From Alistipes sp. (GTDB lineage Bacteria; Bacteroidota; Bacteroidia; Bacteroidales; Rikenellaceae), in the NCBI GenBank assembly GCA_017560425.1, contig JAFZEX010000028.1, forward strand, positions 3,736 to 67,735: a stretch of 64,000 nucleotides of DNA, in the 5' to 3' direction. The stretch's first letter is position 1. Every line of letters begins with the position of its first letter. The position numbers and the translations under genes are program-made. Shown here piece after piece: positions 39,123-49,014 of the stretch. The notes under the pieces are model-generated. The model was not told the origin of the DNA, did not search any database, and saw nothing but the letters and a program-made list of their open reading frames with translations.

Positions 39123-39152
39123 TTTGCGGGGGGGGGAATTTTTATATCTTTG
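39123..39152 (+). promoter_or_regulatory. Promoter TTTG-N18-TATCTTTG with a G9 tract in the spacer
   Basis: TTTGC-GGGGGGGGG-AATTTTTA-TATCTTTG upstream of the ATG at 39191. Confidence 0.6.
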
Positions 39153-39190
39153 CAAAAGCAACGAGCAAACAAATTAAAACCGATAATAAC

Positions 39191-39697
39191 ATGAAGAAAT
39201 TTTTCGCACTCTGCATCGCACTTATGACCATAGGTGCTGCATCAGCTCAGAACTACAACCTTACTGCAGGTCAGCCTATTCCTGTTCGCATCCTCTCGTC
39301 ACTAAGCAGCGACAACCGCCTTCAGTCGTTGCCAATGGCTATTGTCGATAGCAACATCACCGACAGCGAGGGCAACGTGCTTATTAGCCGTGGTACGAAC
39401 GTGGTTATCAACACCGAGGTTACTCGTCGCAAGGGCGTGGGCAAGCCAGGATATATCCAGATTGACTGCCTCACCACAACGGCTGTCGATGGTCAGACAA
39501 TATATCTTATGGGTGGCACATCGGCATGCGGTCGTGACCGTGAGGCGTTGGCTATCGGCTTGGGTGTAGGTGCCGGCATTGTAGCCTTCCCTTGGGGTTT
39601 GTTCTGCCTCTGCATCAAGGGCGAGGAGGCATATCTCCCTGGCAACAGCGTCCTCTCGAACGTTGTGGTGGATGACAACTACGAGGTGAGGTATTAA
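39191..39697 (+). CDS. Secreted/membrane hypothetical protein (start reassigned to 39191)
   Basis: MKKFFALC...ASA-Q signal peptide, beta-rich domain and internal hydrophobic hairpin. Confidence 0.8.
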   Translation: MKKFFALCIALMTIGAASAQNYNLTAGQPIPVRILSSLSSDNRLQSLPMAIVDSNITDSEGNVLISRGTNVVINTEVTRRKGVGKPGYIQIDCLTTTAVDGQTIYLMGGTSACGRDREALAIGLGVGAGIVAFPWGLFCLCIKGEEAYLPGNSVLSNVVVDDNYEVRY

Positions 39698-39705
39698 GCA
39701 CACAG

Positions 39706-39798
39706 ATAGTGAACATAAGGAACTTAGGGAATTTAATGAATTTAGAGAGGCGCTCTCATCAACGCCAAATCTCTTAATTCACTAAATTCCCTAAGTTC
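39706..39798. repeat. Inverted 9-mer array hairpin (GAACTTAGG-type), copy 2; followed by a T-run so may act as terminator
   Basis: GAACATAAG GAACTTAGG GAATTTAAT GAATTTAGA ... CTCTTAATT CACTAAATT CCCTAAGTT C. Confidence 0.75.
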
Positions 39799-39834
39799 TT
39801 TTTTTTACCTATATTTACCTAAATCAACGCACCA

Positions 39835-39960
39835 ATTTGTTGTCAGAAGCCGTGAGATGTGGTGCATCGCAAAAGTAAAGACCTCGGGATAGTACAAATA
39901 GTACAGCCCGAGGTCTTTAGTTTTGGAATGTGCCGCAGATTGCGGCTTATCACAACAAAT
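39835..39960. repeat. 126-bp palindromic element, family A divergent variant
   Basis: ATTTGTTGTCAGAA...AAAGACCTCGGG..GTAC-AAATA-GTAC..CCCGAGGTCTTT...GCAGAT..TTATCACAACAAAT; overlaps the stop codon at 39960. Confidence 0.85.
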
Positions 39961-40868
39961 TACTTCCAAAGGTTGCGTGGGTAAACACCCTCAGCAATCA
40001 ACTCCTCAATCTTCTGCATTAGCTGTGGCTTATCCTCCTTATATGTTACGCCAAACCAATTAGCTGTTGTAGACAACACACGCATGGTTGCAGTACCCTC
40101 AGAGATAACCTTATTTACCATGAGAGGAATGAAGAACTCTGAACGGAGATTAGCGATATTCTCCTTGAGGAACTCCTTGAAGTAAGCCTCAGAGTGGCGG
40201 AAGTAGTCGGGGGTGAAACCGAAGAGGTTCATTGACACAGGGGTGTTCTCCTCCAAAGGCTCGTCAGTGCCAAGGTCGTGGAATACGATAGTGCCATTCA
40301 CACGCTCGATCTTTGTGCGCTCAACCATGCCACGGAGGTTACCCTCAGCATCTACGGTACATACACCACGTGACACTGTGCCATTCTCCGACAAGGTCTT
40401 ACTAACCTCGTAGCCTACCATGCAGTACTTACCCTCAGACTCAGCGAGCTCAGAGAGGTAGTTGCCGATAACTGCGTAAGCATCACGACCATAGAAGTCG
40501 TCAGCATTGATCACAGCAAATGGAGTATTGATAGCCTCAGCTGCCATCATCACAGCATGGTTAGTGCCCCATGGCTTCTCACGACCCTCAGGCAAGGTGA
40601 AGCCCTCGGGAAGCTTGTCGAGCTCCTGGAAAACATACTCAACCTCAATCTTATGACCGAAGCGCTCAGCATTGAACACCTCGCAGAAGTCCTGTGCAAA
40701 AGAGTGGCGAATAACGAATACTACCTTGCCGAAGCCAGCACGGATAGCGTCATATACTGAGTAGTCGATGATAGCCTCGCCGTTAGGGCCTACGCCATCC
40801 ATCTGCTTGAGTGAGCCATAGCGTGAGCCCATGCCCGCCGCCAAGACCAAAAGTGTAGGTTTAACCAT
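39960..40868 (-). CDS. Sugar-phosphate nucleotidyltransferase family protein
   Basis: LAAGMGSRYGSLKQ, REKPWGT, VINADDFYG, WFGVTY. Confidence 0.9.
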   Translation of the reverse strand: MVKPTLLVLAAGMGSRYGSLKQMDGVGPNGEAIIDYSVYDAIRAGFGKVVFVIRHSFAQDFCEVFNAERFGHKIEVEYVFQELDKLPEGFTLPEGREKPWGTNHAVMMAAEAINTPFAVINADDFYGRDAYAVIGNYLSELAESEGKYCMVGYEVSKTLSENGTVSRGVCTVDAEGNLRGMVERTKIERVNGTIVFHDLGTDEPLEENTPVSMNLFGFTPDYFRHSEAYFKEFLKENIANLRSEFFIPLMVNKVISEGTATMRVLSTTANWFGVTYKEDKPQLMQKIEELIAEGVYPRNLWK

Positions 40869-40985
40869 AATATTTATTGATTGTTAAGATTATTTCGCAC
40901 CACAAAGGTAAAAAAAGTCGAGCAAAATACAAAGTATCCCGCCATTTTCGTTATCTTTGCACAAATATATACATATATTTAAGGC

Positions 40986-41846
40986 ATGAAGGAGAACTTT
41001 TTTAAGCGTCTATGGTCACAGCTCAGCGACAAGCGTCAGCTATCGATGCGTGACCGAGAGAGCGACGAGCCACATTGGAAGGTGAACACAACGCCTATCG
41101 GTTTGGCGAGTGGCATTGCGGCACTACTAATAATCATCGTTACAATACTCATGATACTCATGGCGTACACCCCTATTTTAGAGATATTCCCTGGATATAA
41201 GACTCGCTCGGAGCGCATGCACGACGACTTGGTGAAGTCTATCATGCAGGTCGATTCCATACAGCGACTCATGGGACGTATGATTGAGTATAACGATGCA
41301 GTGACAAAGATTATCAACGGAAGCACACCAACGCTAAGCTCGATGGTGACCACCGACAGCACCAAGCAGGAGACCAAGATGGCACTGCCCACACGTGCCG
41401 ACTCACTTTTGCGTAGCATTCTCGAGCGTGAGAGTGGCGAGTACTCGTTGCGAAACACACGTGAGGCAAACCCCGTAGCAGCGATGTTTAGCTCACCGCT
41501 CAAGGGTAGCATATCACGCCACTTCGATGCGCAGAACTCGAGCTACGGAATATCGATCATGGGCATCGACGCTGAACACACCGTGACAGCCATCGAGAAC
41601 GGCACGGTGGTAGGCGTGTTGCAAGGCACTACGGGCTACACCACAGTGATCATTCTGCATGGCGAGGGCTACACGTCGTCGTACTCACAGCTTGGCGAGG
41701 CTCTTGTGCGCAAGGGTCAGAGCGTGAAGAGCGGCACTGCGATAGGCCGTCTTGCAAAGAACGGAGATAAGGTTTTGGAGCTCGAGTTTGAGCTATGGCG
41801 TAATGGCACAGCCGTGGATCCCGAGCGTTACATACTTCTAAAATAA
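40986..41846 (+). CDS. M23 peptidase-domain membrane protein, Zn ligands apparently absent (EnvC-like)
   Basis: TM helix plus C-terminal M23 fold (V.KGQ.V..G..IG, FELW.NG.AVDP) without HxxxD/HxH; conserved position before dxr. Confidence 0.8.
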   Translation: MKENFFKRLWSQLSDKRQLSMRDRESDEPHWKVNTTPIGLASGIAALLIIIVTILMILMAYTPILEIFPGYKTRSERMHDDLVKSIMQVDSIQRLMGRMIEYNDAVTKIINGSTPTLSSMVTTDSTKQETKMALPTRADSLLRSILERESGEYSLRNTREANPVAAMFSSPLKGSISRHFDAQNSSYGISIMGIDAEHTVTAIENGTVVGVLQGTTGYTTVIILHGEGYTSSYSQLGEALVRKGQSVKSGTAIGRLAKNGDKVLELEFELWRNGTAVDPERYILLK

Positions 41847-41853
41847 CTCAACT

Positions 41854-43011
41854 ATGAACATTGAGAGAGTGACCATATTAGGCTCGACCGGGTCTATTGG
41901 AGTTCAAACACTCGACATCATACGTCGCCACCCCGACCGTTTTAAGGTGGCATCACTCGTTGCTCACAGCCGCTGGGAGCAGCTTGCCGTGCAGGCACGT
42001 GAGTTTGGCGCTGAGAGCGTGGTTATTGGCGACGAGAGGCACTACGAGAACTTAAAGGCGGCACTTGCCGACACCACAATCAAGGTCATGGCGGGTAGCG
42101 AGGCGATTAACCATGTTGCTGAGAGCTATCGTAGCGACACGGTGGTAAATGCCTTGGTGGGATATGCTGGCCTGCATCCCACACTACTTGCCATCGAGAG
42201 TGGCAAGCGCATAGCACTCGCCAACAAGGAGACGTTGGTGGTTGGTGGCGACATCATCATGGCGGCAGCACGTCGCAAGGGTGTCGAGATACTACCTATC
42301 GACTCGGAGCACTCTGCCATTATGCAGTGCTTGGAGGGCGAGAAGCGCAAGAGCATACGCAACCTCATTGTAACTTGTAGCGGTGGCGCACTGCGCAACC
42401 ACACGCTCGACGAGCTCAAGGACGTAACACCCGAGATAGCCTTGAAACACCCTCAGTGGTCGATGGGCTCGAAGATTACCATCGACTCGGCAACGCTCGT
42501 AAACAAGGGCTTCGAGGTTATCGAGGCACGCTGGCTATTCGACATCGAGCCCGAGAGAATCAAGGTGGTTATCCACCCTCAGTCTATCGTTCACTCGATG
42601 GTGGAGTTTACCGACGGCTCGGTAAAGGCACAGCTCGGCAATGCCGACATGCACACACCTATTAGCTACGCACTACTCTACCCTGAGCGTGCAGCAGAGG
42701 CTGTCGAGCAGTTCTCGATATTGGACTACCCTACGCTCACATTTGCCGAGGTAGACAGGGTGAAATACCCAGCGTTGGACATCGCCTACGAGTGTCTAAA
42801 GCGTGGTGGCACGGCAGCATGCACGATGAATGGCGCAAACGAGGTTGCTGTGGCAGCATTCCTTGGCCACAAGTGCGGCTATCTCGACATTGTGGGTGCT
42901 ATACGCTACGCCCTCGACAACGCAACATTTACACAAAATCCAACCCTCGACGACTACGACCGTGCCAACGAGGAGGCACGTGAGCTTGCTCGTCGTTACC
43001 TTAAACTATAA
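41854..43011 (+). CDS. dxr: 1-deoxy-D-xylulose-5-phosphate reductoisomerase
   Basis: LGSTGSIG, LANKE, PIDSEH, HP.W.MG.KITIDSAT, ANE. Confidence 0.97.
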   Translation: MNIERVTILGSTGSIGVQTLDIIRRHPDRFKVASLVAHSRWEQLAVQAREFGAESVVIGDERHYENLKAALADTTIKVMAGSEAINHVAESYRSDTVVNALVGYAGLHPTLLAIESGKRIALANKETLVVGGDIIMAAARRKGVEILPIDSEHSAIMQCLEGEKRKSIRNLIVTCSGGALRNHTLDELKDVTPEIALKHPQWSMGSKITIDSATLVNKGFEVIEARWLFDIEPERIKVVIHPQSIVHSMVEFTDGSVKAQLGNADMHTPISYALLYPERAAEAVEQFSILDYPTLTFAEVDRVKYPALDIAYECLKRGGTAACTMNGANEVAVAAFLGHKCGYLDIVGAIRYALDNATFTQNPTLDDYDRANEEARELARRYLKL

Positions 43012-43023
43012 ACCGAAAAACAG

Positions 43024-44346
43024 ATGGAAGCAATACTTATTAAGGCTCTTCAATTCTTTGCATCATTGTCGTTGCTTGTGATGATTCACGAGTTTGGACA
43101 CTACATCACAGCACGTATCTTCAAGATCCGTGTAGAGAAGTTCTACATCTTCTTCAACCCATGGTTCTCACTTTATAAGCGCAAGGTGGGCGAGACAGAG
43201 TATGGTATCGGCTGGTTGCCATTGGGTGGCTATGTGTCGCTTGCGGGCATGATCGACGAGTCGATGGATCTCGAGCAGATGAAGCAGGAACCACAGCCTT
43301 GGGAGTTCCGCACAAAGCCAGCATGGCAGCGACTAATCGTTATGTTGGCGGGTATTATGATGAATGTGTTGCTTGCCATGGGTATCTACTCGGCAATGCT
43401 TTACACATGGGGCGAGAACTACTTCCACAACGACGACATGGTATATGGCTACTCGTTTAGCGAGGCGGGCGAAAAGCTCGGCTTTGTAGATGGCGACAAG
43501 ATTGTATCTATCGACGGCGAGGCTATTGGCAATGTTCGTGATATTGACAAGAGGCTAATCATTGCCGACGACAACCGCAGCGTTGTTGTTGAGCGTGGTG
43601 GCGAGAACGTGACACTAACATTGCCTCTCGAGGATTTGGTTGCTATGCGTGAAGATGGCTCTATCATTGGTTTCTACGAGCCTATCGTGCCATTTATCAT
43701 CGAGAGCGTGGAAGCTGATAGCAGCAAGGAGGCTGGCGTGATGGCTGGCGATAAGGTTATCGCTATCGACAACAACGTTGTTAGCGACTTCTTCATGGGC
43801 AAGGAGCTCTTAGCTAAGGCTCAGGGTCGCAATGCCGAGATTGACGTTGTGCGTAACGAGGCAGACACTCTACGCCTAAGCGTGCCAATCAATGCCGAGG
43901 GTAAGATGGGCGTGGGCATCAAGATGATTGCTCCCCGCACCGTGGAGTATGGCTTCTTCGAGTCGATCCCTGCGGGCGTTCGTCGCACAGGCCGAGAGAT
44001 AGCATCATATTGGGATCAGCTAAAGATGATTGTTAATCCTAAGACCAAGAGCTACAAGGAGGTAGGTGGATTTATTGCCATCGGCAACATCTTCCCAAGC
44101 GAGTGGAATTGGCAGAGCTTCTGGGCACTAACAGCACTCCTTTCGGTAATCCTCGCTATCATGAACATCTTGCCTATCCCAGGTCTTGATGGCGGTCACG
44201 CCTTGTTCACACTATGGGAGATTATCACTCGCCGTAAGCCAAGCGATAAGTTCCTCGAGGTGATGCAGTATATCGGCTTAGGACTGTTGCTATTGCTCTT
44301 GATCTACGCCAACGGCAACGACATTATCAAGCTCTTTATCAAATAA
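43024..44346 (+). CDS. rseP: RIP metalloprotease RseP
   Basis: HEFGH, PDZ domains, NILPIPGLDGGH. Confidence 0.96.
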   Translation: MEAILIKALQFFASLSLLVMIHEFGHYITARIFKIRVEKFYIFFNPWFSLYKRKVGETEYGIGWLPLGGYVSLAGMIDESMDLEQMKQEPQPWEFRTKPAWQRLIVMLAGIMMNVLLAMGIYSAMLYTWGENYFHNDDMVYGYSFSEAGEKLGFVDGDKIVSIDGEAIGNVRDIDKRLIIADDNRSVVVERGGENVTLTLPLEDLVAMREDGSIIGFYEPIVPFIIESVEADSSKEAGVMAGDKVIAIDNNVVSDFFMGKELLAKAQGRNAEIDVVRNEADTLRLSVPINAEGKMGVGIKMIAPRTVEYGFFESIPAGVRRTGREIASYWDQLKMIVNPKTKSYKEVGGFIAIGNIFPSEWNWQSFWALTALLSVILAIMNILPIPGLDGGHALFTLWEIITRRKPSDKFLEVMQYIGLGLLLLLLIYANGNDIIKLFIK

Positions 44347-44352
44347 AGCGTT

Positions 44353-45717
44353 ATGGCAAAGCTAAAGCGTGTATTCTTCTGCACCTCGTGTGGCTACGAG
44401 ACACCTAAGTGGTTGGGCAAGTGTCCCTCGTGTGGCGAGTGGAACACCATCACCGAGCATGTGGTAGCCAAGGAGCCTTCGTCGGGCTCAAACATAGCAC
44501 GCCTCGCCTCTGTGCCTAAGGCAGTGCCTCAAAAGGTGCAGGATATCGAGGAGCACTCGACACGCCGCATAGACACAGGAAATAGCGAGCTTGACCGTGT
44601 GTTGGGTGGAGGTCTTGTGCCAGGCTCACTCATTCTGCTGGGTGGCGAGCCAGGCATTGGCAAGTCTACCCTATCGCTACAGCTTGCCCTAACGGCTAAC
44701 AACCTCAAGACACTATATGTGTCGGGCGAGGAGTCGGCAGAGCAGATAAAGATGCGAGCCATGCGCCTCGGCATCGCAAACGAGGAGTGCACGGTATATA
44801 CCGAGACGCTGCTCGAAAACATCATAACCGAGATAGAGAACCTACACCCCGACATTGTCATCATCGACTCGATACAGACCATGTCGTCGGACGTTGTTGA
44901 GTCGTCGGCAGGTAGCGTGCCTCAGATTAGGGAGTGCGCAGCCGCCCTATTGCGAGTGGCTAAGAGCACGGGCACAGCGATATTTATCATCGGTCACATC
45001 ACCAAGGATGGCACTATTGCCGGCCCAAAAATCTTGGAACACATAGTAGATGTTGTGCTTCAGTTTGAGGGCGACAACAACCACACATACCGCATATTGC
45101 GAGGCATCAAAAACCGCTTTGGTGCAACATACGAGATTGGCGTTTTCGAGATGCGCGACTCGGGACTAAAGGTTGTAGACAACCCCTCGGAGATACTCCT
45201 CACACACTACGACGAGCCACTATCGGGCTGCTCGGTGGGTGCTGCCGTCGATGGCATTCGCCCATACCTTATCGAGGTGCAAGCCTTGGCAAGTGGTGCG
45301 GCATATGGCACACCTCAGCGCTCGGCAACGGGTTTCGACCAGCGACGTCTTAACATGCTCTTAGCAGTTCTCGAAAAGCGTGTAGGTATGAAGATGTACC
45401 AGAAGGATGTATTCCTGAACTTTGCTGGTGGCTTCAAGATTTCGGATACGGGCATGGACCTTGCCGTGGTTGCAGCAATCATCTCGAGCTACTACGACAG
45501 AGCGCTGCGTGAGGGTGTATGCTGCGCTGGCGAGATTGGTCTTTCGGGCGAGGTGCGCCCAGCGCCACGCACCGAACAACGTATAGCCGAGGCAGCACGC
45601 TTGGGCTTCAAGCGCATCGTGGTGTCGAGCTTTGTAGAGAACACCGTGAAGCGACCCAAGGACATCGAGGTGGTATTTATCTCGAGCATCGAGGAGCTAC
45701 CCAAGGCGATGTTTTAA
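44353..45717 (+). CDS. radA: DNA repair protein RadA/Sms
   Basis: C4 Zn finger, GEPGIGKST, KNRFG, GEIGLSGE. Confidence 0.97.
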   Translation: MAKLKRVFFCTSCGYETPKWLGKCPSCGEWNTITEHVVAKEPSSGSNIARLASVPKAVPQKVQDIEEHSTRRIDTGNSELDRVLGGGLVPGSLILLGGEPGIGKSTLSLQLALTANNLKTLYVSGEESAEQIKMRAMRLGIANEECTVYTETLLENIITEIENLHPDIVIIDSIQTMSSDVVESSAGSVPQIRECAAALLRVAKSTGTAIFIIGHITKDGTIAGPKILEHIVDVVLQFEGDNNHTYRILRGIKNRFGATYEIGVFEMRDSGLKVVDNPSEILLTHYDEPLSGCSVGAAVDGIRPYLIEVQALASGAAYGTPQRSATGFDQRRLNMLLAVLEKRVGMKMYQKDVFLNFAGGFKISDTGMDLAVVAAIISSYYDRALREGVCCAGEIGLSGEVRPAPRTEQRIAEAARLGFKRIVVSSFVENTVKRPKDIEVVFISSIEELPKAMF

Positions 45718-45735
45718 CACGTTGGTTATAGCATA

Positions 45736-45781
45736 AAACAAAAACAGCATGACTTCTGTTAAAGTCATGCTGTTTTTGTTT
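45736..45781. terminator. Bidirectional terminator
   Basis: AAAAACAGCATGACTT-CTGTTA-AAGTCATGCTGTTTTT between convergent genes. Confidence 0.8.
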
Positions 45782-45798
45782 ACAGTTATCATCGTTTA

Positions 45799-48510
45799 TT
45801 ACCACTCAATGTACTCTTTTTCGCTAATAACCTTTTGGGTGCGCATATCAAAGAACACTACTACAATATCATCATACTGACGCCAATACAATCCCATTGA
45901 GTAGCCCTGATAAATTTCAACATCTCCAAAATTATCTTTGATAAACTTATCCAAGAGTGCCAAAGGCGTACCCTCAATTACGTAATTGTTGTCGTAAAGA
46001 GCCTTCACATACTTAGCACCATACTTTTTCTCGAGCTTTGCACGCTCTGCCTTAGCAGCCGCCTCTGCCTTGCGCTCTGCCTCGAGGCGCTCTTGCTCTG
46101 CTTTGCGCTCTGCCTCCTCACGAGCCAAGATAGTGCTCACCTCATCATCAGTCAGCTTGCGACCAGACTGATAGATGGCAATAACCCTCTTCGAACTGTC
46201 GTATACTCTGCATGATACAGGATCGACCTTGATAACATGCTCAGGGCCTGCGCTAAGCGTAATGCCGAAATTCTTAATGCGCTCATCACTATTAAGAACG
46301 TTACCTGCCTCCTCAAGCGCTGTAAACTTAAATGCACCCTCGAAGTATGAGCCATCTGCGTAAACAACCTTATTGTTATAGGTATCGATGCTCTTAAAGT
46401 CGCCCGATGTATATGTATGGCTGAACTTCTGAAGCTTACCATCGGCATCATAAACGGTCATCGTCTTGGTAGTTGGGTTATAAGCCTTTACAGATGTTTC
46501 TGACTTTGTATGTAACACCTCAAGCTTATCTGAAGCAAATACTCGACGACCATACTCATCTTTCGAATAGAGATCCGGAGCATACTCTAATGATTTGAAG
46601 TAGTTATATGTTGGAGCATTCATAAATGAGTCTATGTAGTATAGAATATCGCCATTTGAATACTTTACATATAGCTGATTTGACGAACGCTTTTCGTCAT
46701 AGAACATCTGTGCCAAGTCCTGGTATGTGATCTGGAATGACTCTGGGACATTATAACAATCCGCTTTTTTGAAATCAGTAGCCTTAAGTTCGTTATACTT
46801 CTTAATACGGGCATTATATTCGCTTTCGCTCATGCCATCAATATACTTGGTTGTCGTGCCATTTGCCAAGGTGAGCGTACCATTAAATACATGCTTTTTA
46901 AAATCAGCCCATTTCCAATCCTCACCCTTGAAGCTATGCAACTCATCAACAGACTTTATCGCACTACTGAGTGTTCCGCTATACTTATTGCCATTCTCAA
47001 ACTCGTGGTTGATGGTAAACACATTGGCCTTAACAGCGATATTACCCTTGTCATAAATTATATAACATTCAGTACCTTGTTTGTCACACTTAATATACTC
47101 GCCATTAGGCAAGATTAGCGAGCCGTTGCGACAATCCCTTAATTTCATCTGCTCAATGAAATTTTCACGAGTGAAAATATTGTTTTCAAATCGCATCAAC
47201 TCTTCAGTGGTAAAGCAAGTATTTGCAAGCTCCACCTCCACCTTTGTTCCATCTTCACCATTATATGCATATACTCCATCAGTGGCACTATACTTTACAC
47301 AACCGAGAGCAATATCAATTTTACGTATATCGCATTGCTTATTTGCTTCAACCTCTACAGCACTTTGCTCGATTGAAAAATAGAGCGTGCCTTTGGTGAT
47401 ATAATTATAAAACATATCAGCTGACACCACAAAGCTCTCGGGGTTAAGCATCGAAGGATCCAAAAACTCTTTAAGACCATCATTATAACCTCCACAATAC
47501 TTTATGCCATTAGGGAAGGTGTACTCTATGTTTTGGGGGCTGACACATCCTTTTGAAAACTTGAGTGTAAAATCTACTATCTCGGATTTCTCAAACTTTA
47601 TAATACTCTGATTAGCCAAGGTCAATTTTCCCGAAACGATATTTTTGACTACATCATCGTTAAACTCCCAATTGATGCTCTTAAGGTCAATCAAAGACTC
47701 AAGGGTTGTTGGAGCAAGCTGAGTGTGTGAGCCAAAATATTCGGCGCCATTAGCAAACTTATATCTGATATTGTCGTGCGTGATCACACCCTCGGCAATG
47801 AAGATAGCATAGTTCGAAACCTTGCCATTGTCCACAACAATAACATCACCATTAGCACGCTTCCAATTCGATGTACCATCTTTGCGAATTATCACGCAAG
47901 CGCCATTCGAGAATGTCATAGTTCCTTCTACGATACGGTCTAAGCCATCAATGGCCAAGCCACATGTCTTTGACGCAATAAGCGTTATAATACCACCAAA
48001 GTTCGTATAGTTATCGTCGCCCGCAAAACGCTTGGCAAGCTCAATATCTTTGGCATCGAAAGCATACTCCATAGCCTTCTGACCGACACCGTTTATCTCA
48101 GCGTTTTTTGTTTTTATAGTCACAACAAGCTGCTCATCATTAACTAATGAGACAAGTCTCTCGCCCTCACGAGTAAACTCTCCATTTGTTAGCGTAAGTG
48201 TTACACTTTTAAGTTTCTTATCAACAAAATAACCAACATTACCCTTAAACTCAACATTCTGACGCTTCATTTGAAACGTAGCTTCAGTGACAGCTGTGGG
48301 GCTAAACACTCCTGACAAAGTATAGATATATTCACCCGAATCATCGCTATTTGTAATGGTTAGCACACCATCGCCCGAAGGAAGCTTATCGGCAGATGCA
48401 CCGAGATAAGAGACACTCTTACCCAGCAAGTTAATGGGCTTAGGAGATTTCTGTGCACTAAGCGACGTGAGCGTCATTAGGCACATGATAAGTAGTAGTA
48501 GTTTTTTCAT
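45799..48510 (-). CDS. Large secreted hypothetical protein (903 aa), AT-rich, with MORN-like F.NG..Y.G repeats and a coiled coil
   Basis: Signal peptide; FANGAEYFG, FPNGIKYCG, FENGNKYSG, YADGSYFEG; EAERKAE coiled coil. Confidence 0.8.
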   Translation of the reverse strand: MKKLLLLIMCLMTLTSLSAQKSPKPINLLGKSVSYLGASADKLPSGDGVLTITNSDDSGEYIYTLSGVFSPTAVTEATFQMKRQNVEFKGNVGYFVDKKLKSVTLTLTNGEFTREGERLVSLVNDEQLVVTIKTKNAEINGVGQKAMEYAFDAKDIELAKRFAGDDNYTNFGGIITLIASKTCGLAIDGLDRIVEGTMTFSNGACVIIRKDGTSNWKRANGDVIVVDNGKVSNYAIFIAEGVITHDNIRYKFANGAEYFGSHTQLAPTTLESLIDLKSINWEFNDDVVKNIVSGKLTLANQSIIKFEKSEIVDFTLKFSKGCVSPQNIEYTFPNGIKYCGGYNDGLKEFLDPSMLNPESFVVSADMFYNYITKGTLYFSIEQSAVEVEANKQCDIRKIDIALGCVKYSATDGVYAYNGEDGTKVEVELANTCFTTEELMRFENNIFTRENFIEQMKLRDCRNGSLILPNGEYIKCDKQGTECYIIYDKGNIAVKANVFTINHEFENGNKYSGTLSSAIKSVDELHSFKGEDWKWADFKKHVFNGTLTLANGTTTKYIDGMSESEYNARIKKYNELKATDFKKADCYNVPESFQITYQDLAQMFYDEKRSSNQLYVKYSNGDILYYIDSFMNAPTYNYFKSLEYAPDLYSKDEYGRRVFASDKLEVLHTKSETSVKAYNPTTKTMTVYDADGKLQKFSHTYTSGDFKSIDTYNNKVVYADGSYFEGAFKFTALEEAGNVLNSDERIKNFGITLSAGPEHVIKVDPVSCRVYDSSKRVIAIYQSGRKLTDDEVSTILAREEAERKAEQERLEAERKAEAAAKAERAKLEKKYGAKYVKALYDNNYVIEGTPLALLDKFIKDNFGDVEIYQGYSMGLYWRQYDDIVVVFFDMRTQKVISEKEYIEW

Positions 48511-48644
48511 ATCTGTATTGATTTAATTTTTTCGTAACACAAATATACGAAAATATCTCTATTGTGGCAAATATATTTTTGCAATGGGCAGCTAACATAA
48601 AACTATGGTACAACGTTTGAGCGTCGAATGATAAACAACGAATT

Positions 48645-48968
48645 ATGAGAACAGAGGATTTTGACACGATAATATCGGCAGATAGGCTAATGCTCGTAGA
48701 CTTCTACGCCACGAGGTGCGGAGCTTGTCGGGCAATGAACGGCACCTTGGAGCGTGTGGCACTCGCCATGAGCGACATAGCAACGCTCATAAACATAGAT
48801 ACTACCGCCGAGGAGCACATCGAGCTTGTGCACCGCTACAACATTAAGCGTGTGCCAACACTCATAATATTTAGGCGTGGCGAGAGCCTATGGCGCATGA
48901 GCGGAATAATATCGTTCGAGCGACTATGCCAAATTATTCGCCGACAGCAGCCTCGCAACATCTATTAA
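48645..48968 (+). CDS. Thioredoxin family protein (atypical RCGAC active site)
   Basis: LVDFYATRCGAC and cis-Pro VPTLIIF. Confidence 0.85.
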   Translation: MRTEDFDTIISADRLMLVDFYATRCGACRAMNGTLERVALAMSDIATLINIDTTAEEHIELVHRYNIKRVPTLIIFRRGESLWRMSGIISFERLCQIIRRQQPRNIY

Positions 48969-48972
48969 AACA

Positions 48973-49013
48973 AAGGGAATGGCTAAAAAGTAAATTAGCC
49001 ATTCCCTTATTTT
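48973..49013. terminator. Terminator between convergent genes
   Basis: AAGGGAATGGCTAA-loop-TTAGCCATTCCCTTATTTT. Confidence 0.75.
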
Positions 49014-49014
49014 G

